From: Minisyncoccota bacterium
Lineage (GTDB): Bacteria; Patescibacteriota; Minisyncoccia; Phycocordibacterales; JAQTLZ01
Length of the DNA: 64,000 bases
Reading direction: 5' to 3'
Assembly (NCBI GenBank): GCA_028714635.1
Contig: JAQTLZ010000003.1
Span: 21,237-85,236 of the forward strand
Shown here: positions 27,918 through 35,975 of the stretch, piece by piece
How the letters are laid out: each line of letters begins with the position of its first letter
Position numbering within the stretch: position 1 is the stretch's first letter
The notes under the pieces: model-generated
Told to the model about the DNA's origin: nothing
The model's database searches: none
Seen by the model: the letters and a program-made list of their open reading frames with translations, nothing else
Translations under genes and position numbers: made by a program

Positions 27918-28859
27918 TTAATGATTATTTTTTACCTGCCCCGTAGTCAGCTTCGCTGTACTACTGGGGTTTTCTATCGAATGCCCGCCGAATTGGTTTC
28001 GGAGCGCTGAAAGAATTTTACCAATATAGCTCGGTGTAGTTCCAGATTCAACTCGGAATTTGAATGAGTCTTCAATCACTTTCGCAGGAATTCCTAATTC
28101 TTTCCCTGCATTTACCGTCCACTCACCTTCTCCGGTATGAGAGACAGTGCCGGAAACTTCAGCCAAGTTTTTCCCGAATTTTCTATACGCATCTGAAAGC
28201 CAGCCGACAAGACGTGATTCGATGACAGAGTGATGATTATAGATTTCAGTCACCTTCAAAAGATCGAGATCAAATTCTGATTTTTCAAGAATTGCAAAAC
28301 CTTCCGCAAGCGATTGCATCATGCCGTATTCGATTCCGTTATGCACCATTTTTGTAAAATGCCCTGCTCCCGCTTTTCCTAAATATGCATAGGCTTCCGG
28401 TGCAGCAATATCTTTGAATAAATCTTCATGTTTTTTAAATACTTCTTCCTCCCCGCCGATCATAAGGCAAGCTCCTTCGCGGGCTCCTTTTGGCCCGCCT
28501 GATGTTCCAATATCAAGAAAATGAATCTCTTTCGAAGCGAGATCTTTCGCTCTTCGCATCGAATCTTTATAAAAAGAATTTCCGCCATCAATAATCGTAT
28601 CGCCCTTTTCGAGAAACCCGATAAATTCGGAAATGACAGAATCGACAACGTTATTCGGAACCATGACCCAAACAGTGCGAGGAGTAGGAAGTTCGGCAAG
28701 AAGCGCTTCATACGAGTCGGCTACGCGTAAACCAGCCTTTTTGCCCTCAAGACGAGGTTCTGGACTTCGATTATACGCAATAACGTCCTGTTTCTTCTCG
28801 TGCAGGCGTAAAACCATATTCATTCCCATTTTTCCAAGTCCGATATATCCGAGTTTCAT
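27918..28859 (-). CDS. gnd: Decarboxylating 6-phosphogluconate dehydrogenase (short, YqeC-type)
   Basis: GLGKMG, IDGGNS, GTSGG, GHFTKMVHNGIEYG and LRNQFGGH motifs. Confidence 0.93.
   Translation of the reverse strand: MKLGYIGLGKMGMNMVLRLHEKKQDVIAYNRSPEPRLEGKKAGLRVADSYEALLAELPTPRTVWVMVPNNVVDSVISEFIGFLEKGDTIIDGGNSFYKDSMRRAKDLASKEIHFLDIGTSGGPKGAREGACLMIGGEEEVFKKHEDLFKDIAAPEAYAYLGKAGAGHFTKMVHNGIEYGMMQSLAEGFAILEKSEFDLDLLKVTEIYNHHSVIESRLVGWLSDAYRKFGKNLAEVSGTVSHTGEGEWTVNAGKELGIPAKVIEDSFKFRVESGTTPSYIGKILSALRNQFGGHSIENPSSTAKLTTGQVKNNH
27935..27969 (-). repeat. Short palindromic element in frame in the gnd 3' end
   Basis: Hairpin ccccgtagt-cagcttcgctgt-actactgggg plus adjacent cctg. It encodes PSSTAKLTTGQ after the conserved FGGH end. 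Confidence 0.6.
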
Positions 28860-28866
28860 ATGTGTA

Positions 28867-29442
28867 TTATAGCAGTAATTTTCTTCTTGTAACTAACAGA
28901 AGAACAAAAAAGCCATTCGAGAAAAGAAGAGTGCCCAAATAAAGAGTCGTTGTGATTGAATAGTGTGAAAGAGCAAATATATCAAAAACAACCGCAAGCG
29001 CGCTCATAAAATAGGTTGAAATTGTTTCTGTGAAAGGTTCTTCATATCCTTTTCTATAAGTAGGCAAAAACCCAACAAAATCTATTATCGAGATCAAGAT
29101 TACTGAATGGAGAGCGTTCTTCTCGAACAACCAGATACCTATTGCAATGAGAGAACCGACCAGACATATTGTGTCAAATTTTGTTATATTTTTTGTTCCA
29201 TATTTCAAAGAAAGGAGAAACATGCAAGTACACAGAAATGCTCCTATACCGAGTCCTAATACTCCATAACCACCGCGATCACTCAAAATAGCTAGTACGC
29301 CGACAGATTGTAAGATACTCCATACAAGCCAGGAGTAAGAATGGGGATTGGTCTTTTTTAAAAACACATCCCGAAAATAAGGCGCAAAACAAGCAATAGA
29401 AAAGATACTTGCCACTATTCCAAATAAAAGTTTTATAGACAT
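28867..29442 (-). CDS. Multi-pass membrane protein (PQ-loop-like duplicated halves)
   Basis: About 7 TM segments; PY..D....T.P...SW and LPTYRK...P..E motifs. Confidence 0.65.
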   Translation of the reverse strand: MSIKLLFGIVASIFSIACFAPYFRDVFLKKTNPHSYSWLVWSILQSVGVLAILSDRGGYGVLGLGIGAFLCTCMFLLSLKYGTKNITKFDTICLVGSLIAIGIWLFEKNALHSVILISIIDFVGFLPTYRKGYEEPFTETISTYFMSALAVVFDIFALSHYSITTTLYLGTLLFSNGFFVLLLVTRRKLLL

Positions 29443-29443
29443 A

Positions 29444-30433
29444 TCATTTAAAAATCACCTTCGCAGCATCCCAAAATTCAGGATGGCCGTTTTGCTTCAT
29501 GTAGTACCACCATTCTACTCCCCAGAGATATTGCTCGCCGAAGCTCGTAGTTTTTGCAAAAGTAATAATTGAATTAAATTTGGCGATGTCCATTCGTGAA
29601 AGCTGAAGGTCAATTGGGGCATCTTTTATCGGCGTTAAAAGCCACGGCTCGAGGGAAAGTTCGCTTAAAATATTTTTCTTCTTGCCAAAAACAAGGTCCG
29701 CAATATTTTGCCTTATCCGATAGTATGCCGGGGTAATTGGATATCTGAATTGCCCGAACGTCTGATTCCAGGCATAGAGGTATAAACTCGAGCCAAAGAC
29801 ATCACCATCTCGTTTGGCGCCCCACCACGTCCCGAGCTCTCCGCTATCCGTCAAAAGCACAGGATGAGCGGGATCAAGTTTTTTGACCAGTTCGATCTCT
29901 TTCTTCAAAAAAGATTCGTCAAACGGCTTGCACCATTCTTTGGCGTAGATAGTAAAGAAGGGTTCATTCTCAACCTGCCAATAGGTAATGTTGCCGTAAT
30001 TTTTATAACGATTAACGGTTTTTTCAATGTATTCCAAGAGTTTCCTCTCCCCCGTTTCTTTATCCAAAGACCATTCCCACTCTGGCGCATGACACTCCGG
30101 CCAGACAGGAAGCCTGCGACCAACCGAAAAAATAACAGACGCTCCTGCGCGTTTTGCTTCGCTCATTTGGAAATCCATATTTGAATAATCAAAAACACCG
30201 TCTTTCGGTTCGATATCCTGCCAATACGCAGACAACCGCAGATTTTTTACTTGCAGATCCTGGAGCATTGCCTCGTAGACCGCTTTCCAGTCTAAGCCGA
30301 GCTCAAGCGCATGAAGCGTGCTAAAAGAAACACCGTAGGTAATTTTTTCTGGCACAGCACGAAAAGAGAGAAATACGAAAATCAATACGAGAGCTAAAAT
30401 AATCCAAAAGAGATATTTTAATAAACGTCTCAT
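29444..30433 (-). CDS. Membrane-anchored clan GH-A glycoside hydrolase (GH5/GH42-like)
   Basis: N-terminal TM; YW..IEP..G.FD, WQVENEPF (acid/base) and LSELSLEPW motifs. Confidence 0.8.
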   Translation of the reverse strand: MRRLLKYLFWIILALVLIFVFLSFRAVPEKITYGVSFSTLHALELGLDWKAVYEAMLQDLQVKNLRLSAYWQDIEPKDGVFDYSNMDFQMSEAKRAGASVIFSVGRRLPVWPECHAPEWEWSLDKETGERKLLEYIEKTVNRYKNYGNITYWQVENEPFFTIYAKEWCKPFDESFLKKEIELVKKLDPAHPVLLTDSGELGTWWGAKRDGDVFGSSLYLYAWNQTFGQFRYPITPAYYRIRQNIADLVFGKKKNILSELSLEPWLLTPIKDAPIDLQLSRMDIAKFNSIITFAKTTSFGEQYLWGVEWWYYMKQNGHPEFWDAAKVIFK

Positions 30434-30563
30434 CCCGTAGTGAAAAATGGCATCGCTCCTCTGGAGCAGTTATGCTTCTTTTCTAATTAAAGCTGATAGG
30501 TTCGACTTTTGCATATATATCTATATGATTTCAACTTCTCCAATGCCATTTTCTACTACGGGA
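30433..30563. mobile_element. 131-bp hairpin element (copy 1) inserted at the start codon of the GH gene
   Basis: Ends tcccgtagtgaaaaatggcat / atgccattttctactacggga (19/21 IR); flanking duplication ctca on both sides. Confidence 0.75.
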
Positions 30564-30571
30564 CTCATAGC

Positions 30572-31465
30572 CTAGTGGATAAAAAGGAGCATAAAACCGG
30601 CAACAATAAAAGACACCGATATGACTTTATGAAATATTTCGTATGAATACTTCGGACTGTATACGAATTCCGAAAATCTCTTCCCAAATAAAAATCCAAA
30701 AAGAAGCAGAAAGACATATTGAAGCCCCACAAGAGCGTTCACGAGAGATGCACTCGAGAGCTTGATAGTGTAGAGAATAAGAACAGCAGCCACTCCAGCA
30801 AGCACTTTGCCGAGCACCACCATGGCTTTCGTTCCGGAACTCGACTGCCTGAATCCTTCTTTTATAAGCCGGAGATTGTTCGGCCAGAAGAAAAGAGTGA
30901 GTGCTCCGAAAACATTGCCAATACGCGACCAGAAAAACCCATTGATGAAAGTGGTATCGGCAAGCACTATTTTTACAAACACAGACGAAAGCCCGAGAGC
31001 GAGGCCGGAAGCGAAAATATAAAAAAAGATCTTCGGCTTGAAACTAAAATGCGAAGTGAGAAGCGTCCCGAGGATGAGGAAGAAGGAAGAAAGAAGAAAT
31101 GAGCTCGGCAAACTTTCTTTCAGAATGAAAAAAGAAAAAATAAAAGTCGAGATCGCTATCGCCGCGCCGACTACGGGCACCACATCCGCAGGATCTTTGA
31201 CGCGCCGAAGAGCCTTGTACAGATACACGATCGCCTGGATATAGGTGACGCCGGAAAGAAGAGCGAGAATAGTAATTTTCGTGCTTGGAAAAAAGATCTT
31301 TCCAGTGGGGATAAGAACAAGCACGATGGACGAGAGTGCGCCGACAAAAAAAGCGTAGACAACTGAATGAGGAAATTTCTTCGTCACCAAATACTTATCG
31401 AAGAGGACGACGAGAGCGTTCAAGAGCTCCGCACAAACGACTAAAAGAATCCAGAGATAAGCCAT
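30572..31465 (-). CDS. EamA/DMT family transporter
   Basis: About 10 TM segments in two repeats; LFDKYL and LYKAL....P..VVP motifs. Confidence 0.8.
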   Translation of the reverse strand: MAYLWILLVVCAELLNALVVLFDKYLVTKKFPHSVVYAFFVGALSSIVLVLIPTGKIFFPSTKITILALLSGVTYIQAIVYLYKALRRVKDPADVVPVVGAAIAISTFIFSFFILKESLPSSFLLSSFFLILGTLLTSHFSFKPKIFFYIFASGLALGLSSVFVKIVLADTTFINGFFWSRIGNVFGALTLFFWPNNLRLIKEGFRQSSSGTKAMVVLGKVLAGVAAVLILYTIKLSSASLVNALVGLQYVFLLLFGFLFGKRFSEFVYSPKYSYEIFHKVISVSFIVAGFMLLFIH

Positions 31466-31469
31466 AGGT

Positions 31470-32642
31470 TTAGGAAATACTATTCATCTCGCATATTTTC
31501 TTATACAACAGGGCTGAGGGGCGAATCGTCCTCTCCATTGTATCATAATTTATTTTCACCAAGCCGAAACGTTTCGTAAATCCTTCCGCCCATTCGTAGT
31601 TGTCGAGAAGCGACCAGTAGAAAAATCCCCGGACATCTGCCCCGCCCTGTATCGCTTGGTGCACCGCAACTAGGTGATCTTTGATGAATTTCCCCCTCTG
31701 ACTGTCATTCGCGTCTGCAATGCCGTTTTCTGTTATATAGAGCGGTTTTTTATATTCTTTGAGCTCTAAAAGCACATTTCGAAGTCCATCTGGATAAATA
31801 GTCCAGCCCATGTCAGTTCGGGGCAGATTTTCAAGCTTTCCAAATGCAATGTGTCGATAGTAATTGACGCCGATGAAATCCTGGCACTCCCGAATACCCT
31901 TCAGAAATTTATGATTCCAGAATTTTCGGGAGAAATTTGCCCGCACATCATTCCACCATCCTCCGCCAGAGCCGAAATCCATATTCTGTTTTGCAATCCC
32001 GATCTGGATCGAAGGATTTTTCTTTTTCATTTCGATGTATGCAAACCGGTGAGATTTCATTAAAATTTTAAGCGCTTTCCAATATTTTAGAATGTCTCTT
32101 TTGAATGGTGGCCAGCCTCCGCGAAGATATCCGTTCCCAAGCCAGACCATGGGCTCGTTCATGGTCATCCAAAATTTCGCTTCGCTTCCGAGTTTCTCTG
32201 CAACATACGCACAGTATCGCCCGAAAATCTCAGGCGCTTTTTTATTTTCAAATCCACCCTTGTCCCGAAACCAAATCGGCAGAGTAAAATGCCAGAGCGT
32301 CACAAACGGCTCTAGCCCCCGAGCTTTCAGTACATGAAGCACCTTTCGATAATGCTCGATTTCTCTATCATCAAATTTTCCTTCTTCGGGTTCAATACGA
32401 GCCCACTCTATAGAGAATCTATGCGTGTTTTGGGAGAGTGATTTCGCAATATCAAAATCTTTTTCGTACAAATTATAGTGGTCACAAGCCTTGCCAGTGA
32501 TAGGAACCTTTTTCTTTCGTCCAGCTTCGGCCCAATCAACATTTTCAATTCCTCCTTCTACCTGATAAGAAGCCGTCGCACTTCCCCACAAAAACCCTTT
32601 CGGGAATTCGAGTGCATTTCGAGCAGAAACATTTTTTTTCAT
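31470..32642 (-). CDS. Glycoside hydrolase family 1 (beta-glucosidase)
   Basis: FLWGSATASYQVEG, RFSIEWARIEP, TMNEP, YITENG and WSLLDNYEW motifs. Confidence 0.95.
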   Translation of the reverse strand: MKKNVSARNALEFPKGFLWGSATASYQVEGGIENVDWAEAGRKKKVPITGKACDHYNLYEKDFDIAKSLSQNTHRFSIEWARIEPEEGKFDDREIEHYRKVLHVLKARGLEPFVTLWHFTLPIWFRDKGGFENKKAPEIFGRYCAYVAEKLGSEAKFWMTMNEPMVWLGNGYLRGGWPPFKRDILKYWKALKILMKSHRFAYIEMKKKNPSIQIGIAKQNMDFGSGGGWWNDVRANFSRKFWNHKFLKGIRECQDFIGVNYYRHIAFGKLENLPRTDMGWTIYPDGLRNVLLELKEYKKPLYITENGIADANDSQRGKFIKDHLVAVHQAIQGGADVRGFFYWSLLDNYEWAEGFTKRFGLVKINYDTMERTIRPSALLYKKICEMNSIS

Positions 32643-32789
32643 CCCGTAGTGAAAAATGGCATTATTTGCTCGCCATTTCTATAGTTAAGCGAATAATTGA
32701 TAAGTATGTATTGTAAATCATTTTAATGTATCTCTATCTAAAATCACAAATCTCGCAAATGGGGAGCGATGCCATTTTCTACTACAGGA
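32642..32789. mobile_element. 148-bp hairpin element (copy 2) inserted at the start codon of GH1
   Basis: Ends tcccgtagtgaaaaatggcat / atgccattttctactacagga; flanking duplication ttca on both sides. Confidence 0.75.
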
Positions 32790-32840
32790 TTCATAGAAAG
32801 ATTATAACAGAAATCTGTTTAGACACAGGGAAGAAAAACC

Positions 32841-32869
32841 TTGACCAAAGCCATAATTTTCATTATTAT
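32841..32869 (+). promoter_or_regulatory. Sigma70-type promoter of the TIM-barrel gene
   Basis: TTGACC-17 bp-TATTAT, followed by a boxA-like gttctttagca (32879-32889). Confidence 0.6.
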
Positions 32870-32890
32870 GTGCGCCTAGTTCTTTAGCAT

Positions 32891-32940
32891 TTTCGTCATA
32901 GCAGAAAGGCGCTTTAGGGCTCTTTTCTGCTATGACGAAA
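32891..32940 (+). repeat. 17-bp perfect inverted repeat in the 5' leader
   Basis: tttcgtcatagcagaaa (32891-32907) / tttctgctatgacgaaa (32924-32940). Confidence 0.85.
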
Positions 32941-32990
32941 CCATTGTGGATTTTGTCAGAGGCAAGGGAAAGGTAGAGGAGGAACGAAGT

Positions 32991-34298
32991 ATGACGCAGG
33001 AAAGAATAGTCAGACCGCAAAGAGTCTCACACTTTGCGTGCCAGTCGGTCTTTTTGACCCTAGGCAAGCAGGGAGGATTCAAGACGCTCGACGATTTCCT
33101 GAAGTTCGCGAAGAACGACTGCGGATTCGAAGCCGTCAGCATCCCGACCTGCCCGCCGCTCATCGACATGGCTCAAGCGAGCAAAAGCAAGAGCTACTGC
33201 GCCGATCTGCTCGGCAAGTACGAGAAACACGGCCTTCCGCTTCTGCGCCTCGAAGGCCATACGTCCACACAGTGCGTATGTCTCGATCCGTCACGAAAGC
33301 TGAAGTTCGGCCACTTCATGAGCCCGAAGTTCCGGAAGTTGAAGCATCGCCAAATCGAAAAGCTGGCCGTCAAGGAAGTCAAGAAAGCGATCGATGTGAC
33401 GGCGGCACTGGGTCTCAAACATCTCGTCGCGTTCTGCGGTGGGCGTTCGTTCGCCGTGGCACAAGCGAAATGGGCGGCGTGGCCGAAGTATTTCGCGGCC
33501 TGGTCGCTCGCGCTTCTGGCGTACAAATGGAACGACATCCTGGAATACGCGGCGGAGCGCGGCGTGATCCTCATGTTCGAGATCGGACATCCGGAAAACG
33601 ATCTCCTGACTGCACAAAACTGCATCGACTTCCGCAAGATGCTTACTCCGAAGGCCCGCAAAGCGTTCGGCGTGAACGCGGATCGGTCGCATTTCCGGAA
33701 CGTCGGGACAGATGAGTTGAATCACTTCCGACGCATATTGAAAGATGGGATCCCGATCACCAATCATTACAAGGACGGGATCTACGTCGATCGCGGAGAT
33801 GGAACGGCTTCGCCCTATGGCGGACTCGAGCCGTGGAGCAATTCCGCGGGGACGTTTGCCACAATCGGTATCGTCGGTGACGAGACGGCCCTGCAGGAGT
33901 ACAACGGGCTGATGGCAGAAGCCCACGCAACACAAGAAGGTGGAGTGGACATACACCACGAAGCCGAATGTGTGTTCATCCCTAACCCGAAACAGGGGAT
34001 GATCGTCGGGGCGCACAACTGCCGCGCACTCCGCGATGAAACACCGCTCATCCGGTTCAATAACGTAGCACCGGATACTGATCTCACTCCGTTCTCTACT
34101 ATGGGACGACGCGAACTCGTAGGCGCAGACGGAGCGCCGATGGTTTTGAAGCGGTGGGGCGGTGGGCCATTCGACAAGTTCGCTGATATCCCGGTTTCCG
34201 CACCGGAGCTTCTGTCGCTCTTGGCCGATGAACGGGATGGCTGTGTGGCAATCCTGGAACGAGCAGGATACACAGAGGCTGCCGCAATCAGAAACTAA
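32991..34298 (+). CDS. Xylose-isomerase-like TIM-barrel protein (sugar phosphate isomerase/epimerase family), GC-rich
   Basis: MFEIGHP, VNADRSH, NHYKDG and HHEAEC match the E/D-x-x-H/H-x-KD/E metal-ligand pattern of AP_endonuc_2-type barrels. SD gaggagg precedes ATG 32991. Confidence 0.7.
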   Translation: MTQERIVRPQRVSHFACQSVFLTLGKQGGFKTLDDFLKFAKNDCGFEAVSIPTCPPLIDMAQASKSKSYCADLLGKYEKHGLPLLRLEGHTSTQCVCLDPSRKLKFGHFMSPKFRKLKHRQIEKLAVKEVKKAIDVTAALGLKHLVAFCGGRSFAVAQAKWAAWPKYFAAWSLALLAYKWNDILEYAAERGVILMFEIGHPENDLLTAQNCIDFRKMLTPKARKAFGVNADRSHFRNVGTDELNHFRRILKDGIPITNHYKDGIYVDRGDGTASPYGGLEPWSNSAGTFATIGIVGDETALQEYNGLMAEAHATQEGGVDIHHEAECVFIPNPKQGMIVGAHNCRALRDETPLIRFNNVAPDTDLTPFSTMGRRELVGADGAPMVLKRWGGGPFDKFADIPVSAPELLSLLADERDGCVAILERAGYTEAAAIRN

Positions 34299-34304
34299 AT
34301 CACG

Positions 34305-34358
34305 CTTGTTGCAAATATCGCAACAAGGACCACTGGGAAACACTCCCGGTGGTCTTTT
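34305..34358 (+). terminator. Tandem hairpins, the second a Rho-independent terminator
   Basis: cttgttgc..gcaacaag, then gaccactggga-aacac-tcccggtggtc-tttt. Confidence 0.8.
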
Positions 34359-34371
34359 ATTTTTATCCCAA

Positions 34372-35664
34372 CTAATACTCAAGAGCCTGCTCCATCTTTT
34401 TTTCCGCAAGAATCTGTGGGATTCCATACGCAAGACGGTTCAAGGTAATAATTTTATCTTTTATACGTGAAGCATATTTTTCCGATTCAGGAGGAAGGCC
34501 GATGCCAGAGAAAGCAGTGCTCGTCTTTCCATCAATCATAAGTTTTATATAAAAATGAAAGCGAGGAAGCCCCAGAAAATCATCGACGGTCATCGGCTCA
34601 AATTCTTTCTCCAAAATCTCCGCGTCCTCAGCGCCAACTTCAAATGCAAGCATTGTGCCGATATTTCCAAGCACAGCTTTTTTTATCGTCTCCGGAAGTT
34701 GCGCTAAATACTGATTGGTAATGTGAATTCCCAAAGCATATTTTCGAGATTCACTCAGGAGGCTCGTGAATGTCTCAGTCGTGAAATTTTGAAACTCATC
34801 GACGTAAAGATAGAACGGCACGCGCCTATTTGCAGATTCATTTGCACGTCTTTGTATCGCGCCCTGAAGACGCGAAATGAGAATGAGACCGAGCATATGT
34901 GCATTTATATCCCCGATTTTTCCTTTTGAGAGATTCACCAAGAGAATTTTATTGCTGTTCATCAAGGCGTCAAAATTGAAACTGCTGGTGCGCTGACCAA
35001 TGATATTTCGCATCAGTTTATTGTTCATAAAATGCCCGAATTTCGAGAGGAAATAGTTGAGCATTTCACTCTTGTGAAAATCCGAAGTCTTCGCCATTTG
35101 TTTCGTCCAGAAATCAATAACCGTTCCGTCTTTCAATTCTTTCCGCTTCTTCATCTCAAATTCTTTATCCACGAAAAGCTTTGGAATTTCAAGAAGACTT
35201 CCCCCTTCCGGCCCCGCCATTACAGTCAAAGCAGCGTTTCGAAGCCAATGCTCGAATTGAGGCCCGATGATTCCAGTCTTTTCCGGGTCAAATAATTTAT
35301 AAAATATTTGGATGCATTCCCCCACCAAAAAATCTTTTTCTTGATCATCCCGTGCTTCCAAGAGATTTAATCCAAAAGGAAATTCCGTATCACTCGGATC
35401 AAAAAGGATAACATCTTCAAGCCTCTCTTTCGGAATATGTGAAAGAAGCCAATCAACGGATTCTCCGTGGGGATCAATAAAACAAACCCCATGACCCTCT
35501 TTTATATCTTGGAGACACATATTTTGGAAAACGGTTGACTTTCCAACTCCAGTCTTCCCGATCATATACATATGTCGAAGACGATCTTTCTCATTCATCC
35601 CGATGAGAGTGCGTCTGCCGTGATATTCATTTGCTCCGATGGTGATAAATGACATATTATTCAA
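34372..35664 (-). CDS. VirD4/TraD-like (type IV coupling protein / HerA-FtsK superfamily) ATPase with no obvious TM anchor
   Basis: RLRHMY.IGKTGVGKS (Walker A), IDPHG, LYVDEFQNF (Walker B), SESRKY and NQYLAQL motifs. Confidence 0.88.
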   Translation of the reverse strand: MNNMSFITIGANEYHGRRTLIGMNEKDRLRHMYMIGKTGVGKSTVFQNMCLQDIKEGHGVCFIDPHGESVDWLLSHIPKERLEDVILFDPSDTEFPFGLNLLEARDDQEKDFLVGECIQIFYKLFDPEKTGIIGPQFEHWLRNAALTVMAGPEGGSLLEIPKLFVDKEFEMKKRKELKDGTVIDFWTKQMAKTSDFHKSEMLNYFLSKFGHFMNNKLMRNIIGQRTSSFNFDALMNSNKILLVNLSKGKIGDINAHMLGLILISRLQGAIQRRANESANRRVPFYLYVDEFQNFTTETFTSLLSESRKYALGIHITNQYLAQLPETIKKAVLGNIGTMLAFEVGAEDAEILEKEFEPMTVDDFLGLPRFHFYIKLMIDGKTSTAFSGIGLPPESEKYASRIKDKIITLNRLAYGIPQILAEKKMEQALEY

Positions 35665-35974
35665 AAAAAGTTAGGTCGAGCGTTTTTTCTGTAAAATAAT
35701 TCTCGTCCAATACTCGTTTTCGATTTTTCTTTGCTTCTTGAAGCTCTTTTTCTTTTTGGATGATAAGAGCAAATTCTTTTGCTTCCCGGCTTATCTTCTC
35801 GATAAGCGATTTCTGAAGAGGAATGGAAATATACTCGGAAAGCGAAGAAAGCATTTCTGTTTGCCGTGTATGCATTTTTTCAAATGAAGGAAATGCGAGG
35901 AGTTTCTCATCGATTTTTGCCTCCACCGAGCTCATCCCCAATTCCACTGAATGTAATTTTTCGTTTTTTCTCAT
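35657..35974 (-). CDS. Small charged helical hypothetical protein
   Basis: ATG at 35974 lies 1 nt after the Clp stop, and its stop overlaps the start of the VirD4-like gene (tight operon packing). Confidence 0.65.
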   Translation of the reverse strand: MRKNEKLHSVELGMSSVEAKIDEKLLAFPSFEKMHTRQTEMLSSLSEYISIPLQKSLIEKISREAKEFALIIQKEKELQEAKKNRKRVLDENYFTEKTLDLTFFE

Positions 35975-35975
35975 A

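Noticed and set aside
33291-34433. 380-aa minus-strand ORF (and 225-aa alternative-frame ORF at 33038-33715)
   Set aside because: Overlaps the GC-rich TIM-barrel gene, which has the promoter, SD, motifs and terminator.
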